From Actinomycetota bacterium (GTDB lineage Bacteria; Actinomycetota; Actinomycetes; JAKEEW01): a DNA stretch of 47,450 nt. A program made the position numbers and the translations under genes. Shown piece after piece: positions 18,902 through 28,464 of this stretch (position 1 is its first letter; every line of letters begins with the position of its first letter). The stretch spans positions 1 to 47,450 of the forward strand of contig JBKOZJ010000128.1 in the NCBI GenBank assembly GCA_046725875.1. The letters are read 5' to 3'. The notes below the pieces were generated by a model. The model saw only the letters and a list, made by a program, of their open reading frames with translations. It was not told where the DNA came from and did not search any database.

Positions 18902-20106
18902 GGCTTCCCCCTTCGGTTTTGGCCCGCCGCCTGACGTCGTCTCTGGTTTCTCGGGTCCTCCCCGTTCCCGCTGCGGTGGCGGCAGGCAGTTCTCACTCTC
19001 GGCCGCTAGAGCATGCCACCCGACCGGGAATAACAGCGGTCGGGTGATATGGCTGGCTCCCGGCTATGGAGCCCCGCATCGACGCAGGACTTCAGCACGG
19101 GCGTGCCGCCGCCAAATGTTCTTGAGGGTGTCGCTCATTGCCCCTCCCCCAGGCTAGAGCGGGCTCCAGGATTGGAGACTCGGCTTAATAATGCACCTCC
19201 TGGCGAGGCCGAACTAGTGGGTTTTACAGCGCATGAGCGTTGCCTCGTTGCTCCCGCGAACTAGATCAATCGCTATCGGGTCCCGAACGCGGCATATTCC
19301 TGTGGTTAAGGCGGTGACCAGTTACCGAGGTCGGTGTTGTACGGACACGGGATACATCAATATCTTCGAGGTCGCCATCGACCACGGCGAGGATCTTTGC
19401 GATCGTTGGAGGACCACATTGAGTAATCCAGTGGAAGATCATCGGCGGAGTACTCGTGAATAGCTGACTGCGCTTCATGATGCCGCGCATCTGCTTCGGT
19501 TATTCGGGGGTCAGATCAGCGACTCGACGCTCGGCCGCCCGCTGCTCGGTGTGAAGCGCAACATAGGGCCAGACGAGCAGACCACCAACGATCGCGATCA
19601 GGGCAGCGCTGGACTGAGCAAGAGCGCAGCCAGTTGACGTCAGCGATGTCTGGAGACGCGAGGAGACGCTACGGTCTAGAGCTAGGTTGTTCCAGCGATC
19701 GCCGTGGCTAGATCGCGCCCAGCTCGCCGGGCCCAACTTTAGTGTGGCGCCCCTACCACCGACGGTTGACGTGCTTCACGAACATGATCCAACCAGCCAA
19801 GATGGAGCTGGCGACGCCGATCCATATCAGCGGAAAGATAAGCCACAACATGAGAACCCCCGAGGCGCTCTACTCTACTCGCTCGTTCGCTATTAATATG
19901 TGGGCCCGCGCGTCGCCGATGGGAGCCTTCAGCCGGACGTTCGATTAGCGGTACGGCCGAGGCATGTGTGTACTGCGTTACCCCCGGGAAGATGTTGCCG
20001 AGGTTGAGCGAGCTACCGGCCCATTTCTCCGGACCGCCTACGGGCAGTCGGGCGGCAAACACCGACCGGGGGAGTAGTTCGGCCCCGGAGGGACAGGAGA
20101 CAAAGA

Positions 20107-20860
20107 GTGGCCACCATTAGAAAGATCCCGCTCACACGGGCCGTCAACGGCTAGCCCGGCTCCTCGTGGCGTGTCTACTACCGTGCCCGGACGGAACACA
20201 GCGGTCTCCTGACTTCCCGCGCGAACGGGACGCTAGAGCGTTTGGGAAACCGTTCCGCTGACTGCCGAACAGGATGCGGGCCTCGCTGACGCGATCAGCG
20301 ACGGCTACCGCGCGTTAGTCATCACGGCCGCGGGGACCGGTCTTCGCATGGGTGAGCTGTTCGGGCTGACTCTGGACCGCGCGGACTTCCTGCGTCGGAC
20401 CGTGAAAGTGGACAGACAGTTGATCGACGCTGCCAGTGACGGCTTGCCCATCTTTGGACCACCGAAGACCAAGACAAGCATGCGGACAGTGCCGCTACCG
20501 CGGGTCGTCGCGGAAGCGCTTGCCGAGCACATCGTGAGGTACGGCACCGGGCCGGCTGGGCTGGTCTTCACGAACGCGAGAGGCAAGCCAATCGTGCGCC
20601 GGCACTTCTACGACTTCTGGCGTTGGGCGCTCAAGGCGGTCGAGCTTCCTACCGACACATGCTTCGTGCGCTACGCCACACCTACGTCTCGCTCTTGATC
20701 GACGCGAACGAGTCGGCCGAGGTGATCCAAGCCCGGCTCGGAAATAAGTCGATCACTGAGACGATGGACACTTACGGCCACCTCTACCCGCGGGCCGCGA
20801 AGACAGCACCCGCACTGCCATCGACGCCGCACTGTCGCCTCGTGTTGCCGAATTGTTGCC
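20107..20860 (+). pseudogene. Tyrosine recombinase/integrase pseudogene
   Basis: N-arm (VATIRK..*..WRVYYRA/PDGTQRS..F..ERDARAF) joined directly to the catalytic domain (TGLRMGEL, PPKTKTSMRTVPLP, frameshifted LRHTYVSLL, LGNKS..TMDTYGHL). Internal stop, frameshifts and a missing core-binding domain. Confidence 0.85.
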
Positions 20861-20918
20861 TCAAGCGGCCGACGAGGCGACCTCCTAATGGCTCCGCTGC
20901 AGGTCAGACCCGATAGGG

Positions 20919-21346
20919 GCGGACGAGTCGGCCTGTAAGCCGGATTCTGTGGCGCCGCGCCGAGCGGCGCCGACGGTCATCCATCTAGGACTGCCGTCGC
21001 CGGCAGCCTCGTGCGGCCTACCCGCAGGCTCGGGCGGGCCGCCCTCGAACGCCTGCGCAGGTCACCGGTCGCCTCGCGGCGAGCGGTGGCCCTCTTGGCC
21101 TTGCTCCGGGTGGGGTTTACCGAGCCGCCCGGGTCACCCCGAGCGCTGGTGGTCTCTTACACCACCCTTTCACCCTTACCGGTCCGGGCCGGCCGAAGCC
21201 GGGTGGACCGGCGGTTTGCTTTCTGTGGCACTCTCCCGCGGGTCGCCCCGGGTGGGTGTTACCCACCACCCTGCCCTGCGGAGTCCGGACTTTCCTCGGT
21301 GGCCTGGTCGCCCCGGTCACCGCGACCGCCCGGCCGGCTCGTCCGC
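20919..21346 (-). ncRNA. rnpB: RNase P RNA, bacterial type A
   Basis: Minus strand has GAGGAAAGUCCGGACUC, AGUGCCACAGAAA and ACAGAAUCCGGCUUA, with terminal P1 pairing gcggacgagcc/gactcgtccgc; usual position after the RNase H/phosphatase gene. Confidence 0.97.
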
Positions 21347-21436
21347 CGTGCATCTCAGCGTACGCCTAACACCGCAGGTGGCAGCTCTCTTCCGCCGGCC
21401 TTTGATCGAGGAGGCGGCCGGGGCCGGCGGCGTGGC

Positions 21437-22702
21437 TTAGGCGGGGGCCGGCCGGAGGTGAGCCGTGTCGTTGAAGAGGCGGAGGGAGCCCGTGCCGTCC
21501 GCGAACCATGCCGCCACCGATAGGGACGCGATGGCAAGCTCCATTCGGAACACGGTCGATGTGTCGACATCGAGCGCCAGGCAGACGAACTGCTTGATCG
21601 GCGTGACGTGGCTGACCACGAGGACCGTGCGCGCCGGATGCCGCTCGAGCAAGCGATCGCGCACCCGCCGTACCCGTACTCCAACCTCGGCAAAGCTCTC
21701 CCCGCGGGGTGGCGCGTATTCGGGCGACGCGAGCCAGGCCGCGAGCTCGTCCGGCCAGCGAGCCATCACTTCCGCGAAGGTGAGACCCTCCCACTCGCCG
21801 AAGTCGCACTCGCGCAGATCGTCATCGACCTCGATCGGCACGCCTAGAACGTCGCCGGCGATGTCGGCCGTCGTACGAGCTCGCGCCAGTGGCGACGAGA
21901 CGATTGCGCTGATCGGGCCGCGGCGGGCCAGCAAAGCCGCCGCCCGTTCGGCCTGGCTAAGCCCGCGCTCGGTCAGCGGCACATCGTCGAGTCCGGAAAA
22001 CCGCTTCTCGATGCTGCGCTCCGTCTCACCGTGCCGGAGCAGAACAAGCATGGTCGGCGGCCCCAGATCCGGTGCCCAGCCCCGGGACACGGCCGCCGGT
22101 GCCTCCTCGACCGCTGACCCGCTCTCCACGGACATGCTCGTGTCCGGAGCTTGCATGCGAGTCCCGACGCGTTCGGCCACTGGTGCCCGAGCGATCGGTA
22201 GCACGGTCGAGGTCGCGGCGGCGTTCCCGGGCGAGCCGCCCGGCGGCCGGCCGAGGCGATCACCCACCCGGTCGAGCGCGACGTTCGCGAGGCGGTCGGC
22301 AGCGGCGTTCTGCTCCCTCGGGACCCACCGGTAGGTGACCTGGTCCGCTGGAAGGACGGCGGCCGCCTCCATGGCCAGCGGGCGAAGATCGGGATGCTTG
22401 ATCTTCCAGTTCCCGGACATTTGCTCGACCACCAGGCGGGAGTCCATCCGTACCTCGACCTGAGCCTGAGGGTTTAGGTCATGGGCGAGCTGGAGCCCGG
22501 CAATCAAGCCGCGATACTCGGCAACGTTGTTCGTCGCCAGCCCGAGCGCCTCGGCGACCTCGGCGAGAACGGCGCCGGTCGCCGCATCCCGGACAAGCGC
22601 TCCATACGCGGCATTGCCGGGGTTGCCCCGCGAGGCGCCGTCCGCCTCGACAATCAGCGCAACCGGCGGGGCCGAGGGCAGGGAACCGCCGGGTCCCGCC
22701 AT
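21437..22702 (-). CDS. Bifunctional RNase HI / histidine phosphatase (Rv2228c-like)
   Basis: EADGASRGNPG, TNNVAEY, DSRLVV, WVPREQN..AD; C-terminal LLRHGET and VSHVTPI. Confidence 0.93.
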   Translation of the reverse strand: MAGPGGSLPSAPPVALIVEADGASRGNPGNAAYGALVRDAATGAVLAEVAEALGLATNNVAEYRGLIAGLQLAHDLNPQAQVEVRMDSRLVVEQMSGNWKIKHPDLRPLAMEAAAVLPADQVTYRWVPREQNAAADRLANVALDRVGDRLGRPPGGSPGNAAATSTVLPIARAPVAERVGTRMQAPDTSMSVESGSAVEEAPAAVSRGWAPDLGPPTMLVLLRHGETERSIEKRFSGLDDVPLTERGLSQAERAAALLARRGPISAIVSSPLARARTTADIAGDVLGVPIEVDDDLRECDFGEWEGLTFAEVMARWPDELAAWLASPEYAPPRGESFAEVGVRVRRVRDRLLERHPARTVLVVSHVTPIKQFVCLALDVDTSTVFRMELAIASLSVAAWFADGTGSLRLFNDTAHLRPAPA

Positions 22703-22707
22703 GGCGG

Positions 22708-23451
22708 TCAGAGCCCCGACTCGGGGGTACGGACCAGGATCCGGCCACACTCCTCGCAACGCAAGACGGCGTCGTCTGGAGCGTTGCGGAAGCGCTGAAC
22801 GTCCGTAGCGCCGAGCTCGAGCCGGCACCCCTCGCAGCGGCGCTGCTTGATCGCCGCAGCCCCGACGCCACCGGTGTGCGAACGCAGCCGCTCGTAAAGC
22901 GCCAGCAGGTCCGCCGGCAGCGAGGCGGCCAGGGCCTTGCGCTTCTCCCCCAGCTCTGCCACCTCGGCGTCGATGACGGTCGTCTGCTCGTCCCGCCTGG
23001 TTTCCGCCGTAGCCAGCTCGGCCCCCCGCTCCTCGGTCTCGACCCGCAATTCGGCGACTCGTGACTGAACCGCTTCCAGCCGCTCCATGACCTCGAGGAC
23101 ACCATCCTCGAGGTCCGCCTGCCGCCTTGCCAGGGACCCGATCTCGTGTTGGAGATTTTCGAGCTCACGTGGCGAGCTGACTTGGCCGCGGTCGAGCCGC
23201 TCCTGGTCACGGCTGGCGCGCGCCCGGACCTGGTCCACATCCGCCTCGGCCTTTGCCTGTTCCCGCGCCAGATCGCTCGCCTCGGTCTCGGCCGCGACCA
23301 TGAGGTCGCGAAGTTGCGCGAGCCGGGCCGACGTGGCGTTGATCTCCGCGTGCTCTGGCAGCGTCAGGCGCCGGTGTTCGAGCTGGTCGAGGCGGGAATC
23401 GTGCGCCTGCAGCTCGAGCAGACGCTGCTGGGCGGCGGCCGAGGCGTTCAG
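22708..23451 (-). CDS. Coiled-coil C4-type zinc-ribbon protein (DUF164-like), probable CTG start
   Basis: CEGC...CEECGRIL; the frame extends upstream to CTG at 23451 (LNASAAAQQRLLELQAHD), overlapping the Nif3 stop, with RBS gggag. Confidence 0.88.
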   Translation of the reverse strand: MNASAAAQQRLLELQAHDSRLDQLEHRRLTLPEHAEINATSARLAQLRDLMVAAETEASDLAREQAKAEADVDQVRARASRDQERLDRGQVSSPRELENLQHEIGSLARRQADLEDGVLEVMERLEAVQSRVAELRVETEERGAELATAETRRDEQTTVIDAEVAELGEKRKALAASLPADLLALYERLRSHTGGVGAAAIKQRRCEGCRLELGATDVQRFRNAPDDAVLRCEECGRILVRTPESGL

Positions 23452-24323
23452 AGCTGCTCCCTCGTCGGTTCAGTTAGATCGGCTAGATCGGCGTAGCCGA
23501 TGTGTGTCTCCCACGGGTCGGTGATGATCCGCGACACTCGAGTCTCCACCGTATCCCCAGAGACAGCCAGCCGCTCCCGCAGGAGGGCGGCCGCTTCATC
23601 GAGCCATGGCCACTCGCTCGCCCAGTGCGCCACGTCTACCAGCGCCGGCCGACCCCACTCAAAGGACTCGGACGCCGGGTGATGCCGGAGGTCCGCCGTG
23701 AGGTAGACGTCGGCACCCGCGGCTCGAGCGGCGTCGAGGTGGCTGTCGCCTGCACCGCCAGAGACGGCGGCGGTCGCCACGGGTCGGTCGAGACTTCCCG
23801 CCAGCCGGATGCCGTGGACGGTCGCCGGGAGACGTTTGCGCACTCGTTCGACGAAGGCTGACAGCTCTTCCGTCGGGTCGATCGTGCAGATCCGGCCTAT
23901 CCCGCGATCCGCCGTGGCGGACCCGTCGCCGGAGCCGGTGGGCACCAGCGCCGGGCCTGGGGTCAGGCCAAGTGCTCTTGCGAGCGCGTCCGACACGCCC
24001 GGCCGAGCCACGTCGGCGTTCGTGTGGGCAACGTATAGCGCGCACCCGTTGGTCAGCAGCGCGTGTACCACCCGGCCCTTGGGAGTCGTGGCAGGAACGC
24101 CGTGCACGCCACGCAGGAAGAGCGGGTGGTGGGTGACGACGAGATCGGCCTGCCAAACGATCGCCTCAGCGGCCACCGCGTTGACCGGGTCCACCGCGAA
24201 GAGGATCTTGCCGACGGTCGCGCCGGGTTCGCCGCACACCAAGCCAACCGCGTCCCAGTCCTCGGCCCATGCGGGGTCGTACAGATCCTCGATGGACCCG
24301 ACCACGTCGGCCAGGCTCGGCAC
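23448..24323 (-). CDS. Nif3-like dinuclear metal-centre protein (YbgI family)
   Basis: AEDWDAVGL, THHPL, HTNAD, TADLRHH, HWASE motifs. Confidence 0.93.
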   Translation of the reverse strand: MPSLADVVGSIEDLYDPAWAEDWDAVGLVCGEPGATVGKILFAVDPVNAVAAEAIVWQADLVVTHHPLFLRGVHGVPATTPKGRVVHALLTNGCALYVAHTNADVARPGVSDALARALGLTPGPALVPTGSGDGSATADRGIGRICTIDPTEELSAFVERVRKRLPATVHGIRLAGSLDRPVATAAVSGGAGDSHLDAARAAGADVYLTADLRHHPASESFEWGRPALVDVAHWASEWPWLDEAAALLRERLAVSGDTVETRVSRIITDPWETHIGYADLADLTEPTREQL

Positions 24324-24386
24324 GCGCGGCAGGTTACCGTGCTGAGTCTGTTGTCGAACCGCGGGCTGGCGTCCGAGCGGGTCATG

Positions 24387-24472
24387 TTTGATCCGGCAAG
24401 CGACGGAAACCTGGGCCTGTCTCCCGGTATTCGCGACGCCGGAGGCCGGTTTCGTCAGCTTGCCGGATCAAA
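24387..24472. repeat. Long palindromic element after the FTR1 gene (terminator/REP-like)
   Basis: Perfect 15-bp arms tttgatccggcaagc / gcttgccggatcaaa with further internal pairing (gacggaaacc/ggtttcgtc). Confidence 0.7.
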
Positions 24473-24513
24473 TCGGGGGCAACGGAAGGCACCGCTACCG
24501 GTGCCACGCAGAC

Positions 24514-25383
24514 TTAGGGGTGGGCCGCGGGCTGCGGCTGGGGCTGGGGCTCAGTGGTCGGCACCGGTTTCGCCGGCCGCGGCCTCTTCAGGAAGAGGTA
24601 GCCGACGGTGAACGCGTAGCCGAGATACGCCACGATTTGCTCGACCGACGGCCGCGGATCCCAGCCGAACATCGCGCCGAAGAACTTGCCGACCTCGGTC
24701 CGGGTGGTTAGCCACGAGTACTGCGTCAGGTCGTACACGTTGTTCCACGAGATCCCCAGGTCCCCGGCGGACTGCAGGAAGAGCACCGTGCGCGAGATGA
24801 GGCCCGCCGCGAACACGATCAGGATGACCCCGGTCACCTTAAAGAACTGCGCCATCGGCAGCCGCTTTCCGCCCAGCACGACCAGGTAGCCGGCGACGCT
24901 CGCAATCGCGAGCCCGATAAACCCGCCGATGAACACGCGCGCCCCGGAGTCGGTCGTCGCGGCGGCGATCAGGAAGAGTGCCGCCTCCAGGCCTTCGCGG
25001 GCCGCCGCGAAGAATGCAGCGAGCGTGACCGCCCACCAGATGCCCCGACCTTTGGACACCGCCGCGTCGATGCTGTGTTGCAGCTCTCCTCGGATCGCCC
25101 GGGCGTGCCGGCGCATCCAGAAGATCATCCAGGTCAACACGGCAACTGCGAACAGCGAGACCGCCGCGAAGGCCCGCAGCCGTGCTGCGCCATCCAACGA
25201 CTCGATGGTCAAGTGGATGCCTATGCCGACCCCGAGCGAGACCACAGCGGCCGCACCAACGCCATACCACATCGGCCGGAACAGGTCGGGCCGGGCGATC
25301 TTCCGAAGGTACGCATAGATGATCGCTACCACAAGGGCGGTCTCGAAGCCCTCCCGCAGCATGATGAGCAGTGCAGTCATCAT
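24514..25383 (-). CDS. FTR1/EfeU-family iron permease
   Basis: Two RExxE motifs (REGFE, REGLE), MIFWM, about 7 TMs. Confidence 0.92.
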   Translation of the reverse strand: MMTALLIMLREGFETALVVAIIYAYLRKIARPDLFRPMWYGVGAAAVVSLGVGIGIHLTIESLDGAARLRAFAAVSLFAVAVLTWMIFWMRRHARAIRGELQHSIDAAVSKGRGIWWAVTLAAFFAAAREGLEAALFLIAAATTDSGARVFIGGFIGLAIASVAGYLVVLGGKRLPMAQFFKVTGVILIVFAAGLISRTVLFLQSAGDLGISWNNVYDLTQYSWLTTRTEVGKFFGAMFGWDPRPSVEQIVAYLGYAFTVGYLFLKRPRPAKPVPTTEPQPQPQPAAHP

Positions 25384-25396
25384 GAGCAGCGCCTCG

Positions 25397-25564
25397 TCAC
25401 CGCGAGCCCGAGCCGGAACCGGAACCCGATCCGGAGCCTGAACCGGAGCCCGAACCGCCGCCGCCGTTCGCGCCGTCATCGCCGCAGCCGGTGAGGCCGA
25501 GCGTTACGGCCGTGAGAAGCGCGGCCGCGGCCAACGCAAGCCGGCGTCTGCGTGTTGCGGTCAT
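25397..25564 (-). CDS. 55-aa lipoprotein: signal, lipobox and (Gly-Ser)9; possibly a truncated EfeO-like gene
   Basis: MTATRRRRLALAAAALLTAVTLGLTG|CGDDGANGGG(GS)9R*; ATGA overlap with the upstream gene; RBS gaagggat. Confidence 0.7.
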   Translation of the reverse strand: MTATRRRRLALAAAALLTAVTLGLTGCGDDGANGGGGSGSGSGSGSGSGSGSGSR

Positions 25565-27312
25565 CGTGACGATCCCTTCGTCGTAACAAGTCTCCCCGTT
25601 CCGGAGACCGGCGTTGTTGGCGGAGTGCCGCCCACCAGGGTTGGTGTACGGCGACGCTCGGCGGTCCGCGCCCCGGCAACGAGCAGAGCGAGGAGTATGG
25701 CGATCCACCCGATGTGTAGTGGCCAGAAGTCACGGCGGTAGTCAGGCAGCACGTGCCGGATAGCGGCGTAGAGCGGGTTGTCTACGCGCTGGAAGCCGCT
25801 CACCCAGGTGATCTCGCGCTGATACCCGTCGACCAGCAACGTGACATATGCGCCCACACCGATGAGGCCGAGCCCGAGCGCAACCCGCCGCAGGAGCGGG
25901 CCGCGGTCGCGCAGCCATGCGAGGACGAGCAAGACCGCGACCGGGAGTACGACGACCAGCTGCCGTCCAGGCCACCAATAACCGTGCATGGTCACGGCGA
26001 CAAACGTCGCGACCAGCCAGCCGGGAACGACGATGGCCAGCAAGACGGCCGGATCAGATGACGGACGAGAGGACGCGGAAACGCCGTTCGGCGCTCTGCT
26101 CGGCTTGTCAGATGAACCGATCCGACGGCTCAGCTTGTCAGAGGAATCGGCTGACGGGTCTGTCGATGCCTTCGCTTCCTCTGACAAGTCAGCGGTGCTA
26201 GCGAGGCGCGTCACGGGTTCTCCAGACAACGGTCCTCGGAGTTGCCGAGTCACCGCGGCTACCGCCGCTGCCGCGGCGGGAACCAGGAGGAGCCAGGCGG
26301 GCTGCCACGTCGCGATGCCGTACTCACGATCGACAAACAGCCCGACGAACCGCAACCCCCGGCCAAAGTAGTCGGGGTGGAAGCCGACGACGCCCAACTC
26401 CCCGGACTGCTGGAAGTGGTCACCGCTGGCATATACCGTCCAGCCACCCCACGCCAGCCGGTGCACAACCAGGTAGCCAGCACCCGCGACTGCGAGCGCT
26501 ACAACACCGATGCGAACGGCGATCCGGTCCCCGGTCCGCCACCACCGGACCAGCGCGAGCAGGGCGAGCACCGCGGCAACCGCGCCGTATTTGACCGAGA
26601 GCCAAGGCAGTGCCGCCACGGCACCGCTGACCACCGCGAGGTTTCCCCTCGTGCACGGGCCAAGGAACGCGGCGACGCCGACCATTGTGACGAGCGCAGC
26701 CGGTAGCTCCGGATATATCTGTTGGCCATAGACGGCGAGCGGTGGCGACGCGAATGCCACCGCAACACCGACGGCGGCAAGCGACAGCGGAAGGCGCAGC
26801 CGGCGCACCGCCGTCCAAAGGGTGAGGGCGGCCAGCAGCCCGGCAAGTGCGGCCAGCGTCAGCTTCGCGCCTACCCATCCGGCCACACCGACCGGGAGGG
26901 CGAGCAGCGCCGGCAGCAGCGGGTCATGCGGGCTGATCTGCCGACCGCCGTCGAGCGCCTCGGTCTGCACCGGCGGCTCGGCGTCGGCGAACTCGCGCCA
27001 GCGGTGCTCGCCAAGCTCGTCCGAAATGTCGAGGCTTCGGTCCTCGGCGAGAGATAGCGCGGTCAGGACATATTGCGTCTCGTCCACGGCGACATGTGCG
27101 CCGAACGTTGCCCGTACCTCGATGCCGACCGCAGCGGCCACGAACGCGATAACCCCCACGAGGAGCATCGCCCAACTTAGTGACTCGTGTCCGAAGCCGG
27201 CGTGAGCATCGCCAACGGGATGCATGGCAGAAGCCGATGGGCCGCATCGAAGTGCGGAGAGCTCGCGGCCGGCCAAACCGGCACCGCTCGGTGCACCGCC
27301 GGATCTGGTCAT
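25561..27312 (-). CDS. Multi-pass membrane protein, GT-C glycosyltransferase-like
   Basis: DE pair after the first TM (VDETQY), then QQIYPELP, LPWLSVKY, WWPGR; 11 or more hydrophobic segments; ATGA overlap with the epimerase stop. Confidence 0.65.
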   Translation of the reverse strand: MTRSGGAPSGAGLAGRELSALRCGPSASAMHPVGDAHAGFGHESLSWAMLLVGVIAFVAAAVGIEVRATFGAHVAVDETQYVLTALSLAEDRSLDISDELGEHRWREFADAEPPVQTEALDGGRQISPHDPLLPALLALPVGVAGWVGAKLTLAALAGLLAALTLWTAVRRLRLPLSLAAVGVAVAFASPPLAVYGQQIYPELPAALVTMVGVAAFLGPCTRGNLAVVSGAVAALPWLSVKYGAVAAVLALLALVRWWRTGDRIAVRIGVVALAVAGAGYLVVHRLAWGGWTVYASGDHFQQSGELGVVGFHPDYFGRGLRFVGLFVDREYGIATWQPAWLLLVPAAAAAVAAVTRQLRGPLSGEPVTRLASTADLSEEAKASTDPSADSSDKLSRRIGSSDKPSRAPNGVSASSRPSSDPAVLLAIVVPGWLVATFVAVTMHGYWWPGRQLVVVLPVAVLLVLAWLRDRGPLLRRVALGLGLIGVGAYVTLLVDGYQREITWVSGFQRVDNPLYAAIRHVLPDYRRDFWPLHIGWIAILLALLVAGARTAERRRTPTLVGGTPPTTPVSGTGRLVTTKGSSR

Positions 27313-28301
27313 ACGACCACCGGTTCGACTGGAGACTGGCTCGGCACAAGCGGGTATGCCTCGGGCCGGGTGGGGGCGAACCACGGCGCTCCCGGACGTA
27401 CACGTTGCGGCCACGTCTGCTGCACTGCTGCGACCTGGCGGCGAATCACGGCGAGCAGGTCGGTTTCCGGTGCCCAGCCGATGAGCTTGCGAAGGCGGCG
27501 GGTGTCCGCGCGAGTATCGCTCACCTCGGCCGGCTGTGCCGGCCGAACCGCGGTTTCGACGTCGCGGTCGAGCGCAGCCGCGATCGCGGTGACAACCGCG
27601 CCAAGCGTGTGACCGGTGCCGGTGCCAACGTTGACGACGCCGGCATACTCCTCCATCGCGAGCGCGACGAGGGTCCCGGCGACCTGGCGCACATCGGTGA
27701 CATCCCGAGTCCGCTTCGGTGAACCGAGGATCACGAGCGGCCGGCCGCCCTGGGCGGCCGCGATCCATCGGGCAATGGCCATATCGGTGCGCTGGCCTTC
27801 GCCGGCGACGGTGAACGGCCGGACGACCGTGACGAGACCTCCGGCCTCGATCCGGCTGGCGCACAACTGCTCGACAATGACCTTGCTCTCGGCGTAACCG
27901 CCGCGGGGCCGAAGTCGGTCGTGCTCCCGGCTCGCCCGGCCGTGCCTCACGCCTCCGTACACCGAAGAGGAGGAGGTCACCACCAGCTGGGTGCGCAGCG
28001 GGACCACCGCGGTTACCAGCGCGGTCGCGAGCACATTGTCACGGTGACGCCGAGACGCGATGTCCGGCGTGTCGTCCCGTACGCCAGGGCACCCGGCGAG
28101 GTGGAACACCACGTCGGACTCGGCCAACGCCGTCGTGACCTCCGGATTGCCCTCGAGCATGTCAGCGATGATCGTCTGGACACCAGGGTGCCCGGGCTGC
28201 GGCTCCCGATCAATCCCGACGACGCGGTGGCCGGCGCTTAGGAGGGTGCGGACGAGGGTGCGGCCGATGAAGCCTGCGGCTCCGGTAACGACCGCCGTCA
28301 C
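27309..28301 (-). CDS. NAD-dependent epimerase/dehydratase (extended SDR)
   Basis: TGAAGFIG, HLAG, SSSSVYG, YAESK, RDVTDV; RBS ggagga before GTG 28301. Confidence 0.9.
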   Translation of the reverse strand: MTAVVTGAAGFIGRTLVRTLLSAGHRVVGIDREPQPGHPGVQTIIADMLEGNPEVTTALAESDVVFHLAGCPGVRDDTPDIASRRHRDNVLATALVTAVVPLRTQLVVTSSSSVYGGVRHGRASREHDRLRPRGGYAESKVIVEQLCASRIEAGGLVTVVRPFTVAGEGQRTDMAIARWIAAAQGGRPLVILGSPKRTRDVTDVRQVAGTLVALAMEEYAGVVNVGTGTGHTLGAVVTAIAAALDRDVETAVRPAQPAEVSDTRADTRRLRKLIGWAPETDLLAVIRRQVAAVQQTWPQRVRPGAPWFAPTRPEAYPLVPSQSPVEPVVV

Positions 28302-28333
28302 TGGTCCTCCTCGCTTGGTGGCCCGTCGACCAG

Positions 28334-28367
28334 GTAGGTTAGGCTCCCCTAAGTTAGCCATACCTTA
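28334..28367. promoter_or_regulatory. Tandem overlapping IdeR/DtxR (DmdR) iron boxes
   Basis: GTAGGTTAGGCTCCCCTAA (28334-28352) matches TTAGGTTAGSCTAACCTAA at 16/19; CTAAGTTAGCCATACCTTA (28349-28367) at 14/19. Confidence 0.85.
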
Positions 28368-28464
28368 GCTGTCGGTCTAGTCCGGGTGGCGCGGGAGGAT
28401 TTCACCCCGCGTTGGAGGCTGGGCCGTCGTCCCGCAAATTGGACTCATCCGAAACGGGAGCCCG

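Larger units (their letters stand above)
17887..20940. mobile_element. Decayed integrative island inserted at the 3' end of rnpB
   Basis: Flanking direct repeats gggcggacgagtcggccggcaagc (17887-17910) and gggcggacgagtcggcctgtaagc (20917-20940, rnpB 3' end), 22/24 identical; internal tyrosine-integrase pseudogene. Confidence 0.8.

Noticed and set aside
20949..21523. ORFs overlapping rnpB
   Set aside because: Spurious frames across a structured RNA gene.
27313..27864. N-terminal extension of the 767-aa ORF
   Set aside because: It overlaps the epimerase in another frame; the ATG at 27312 coupled to the epimerase stop is the better start.
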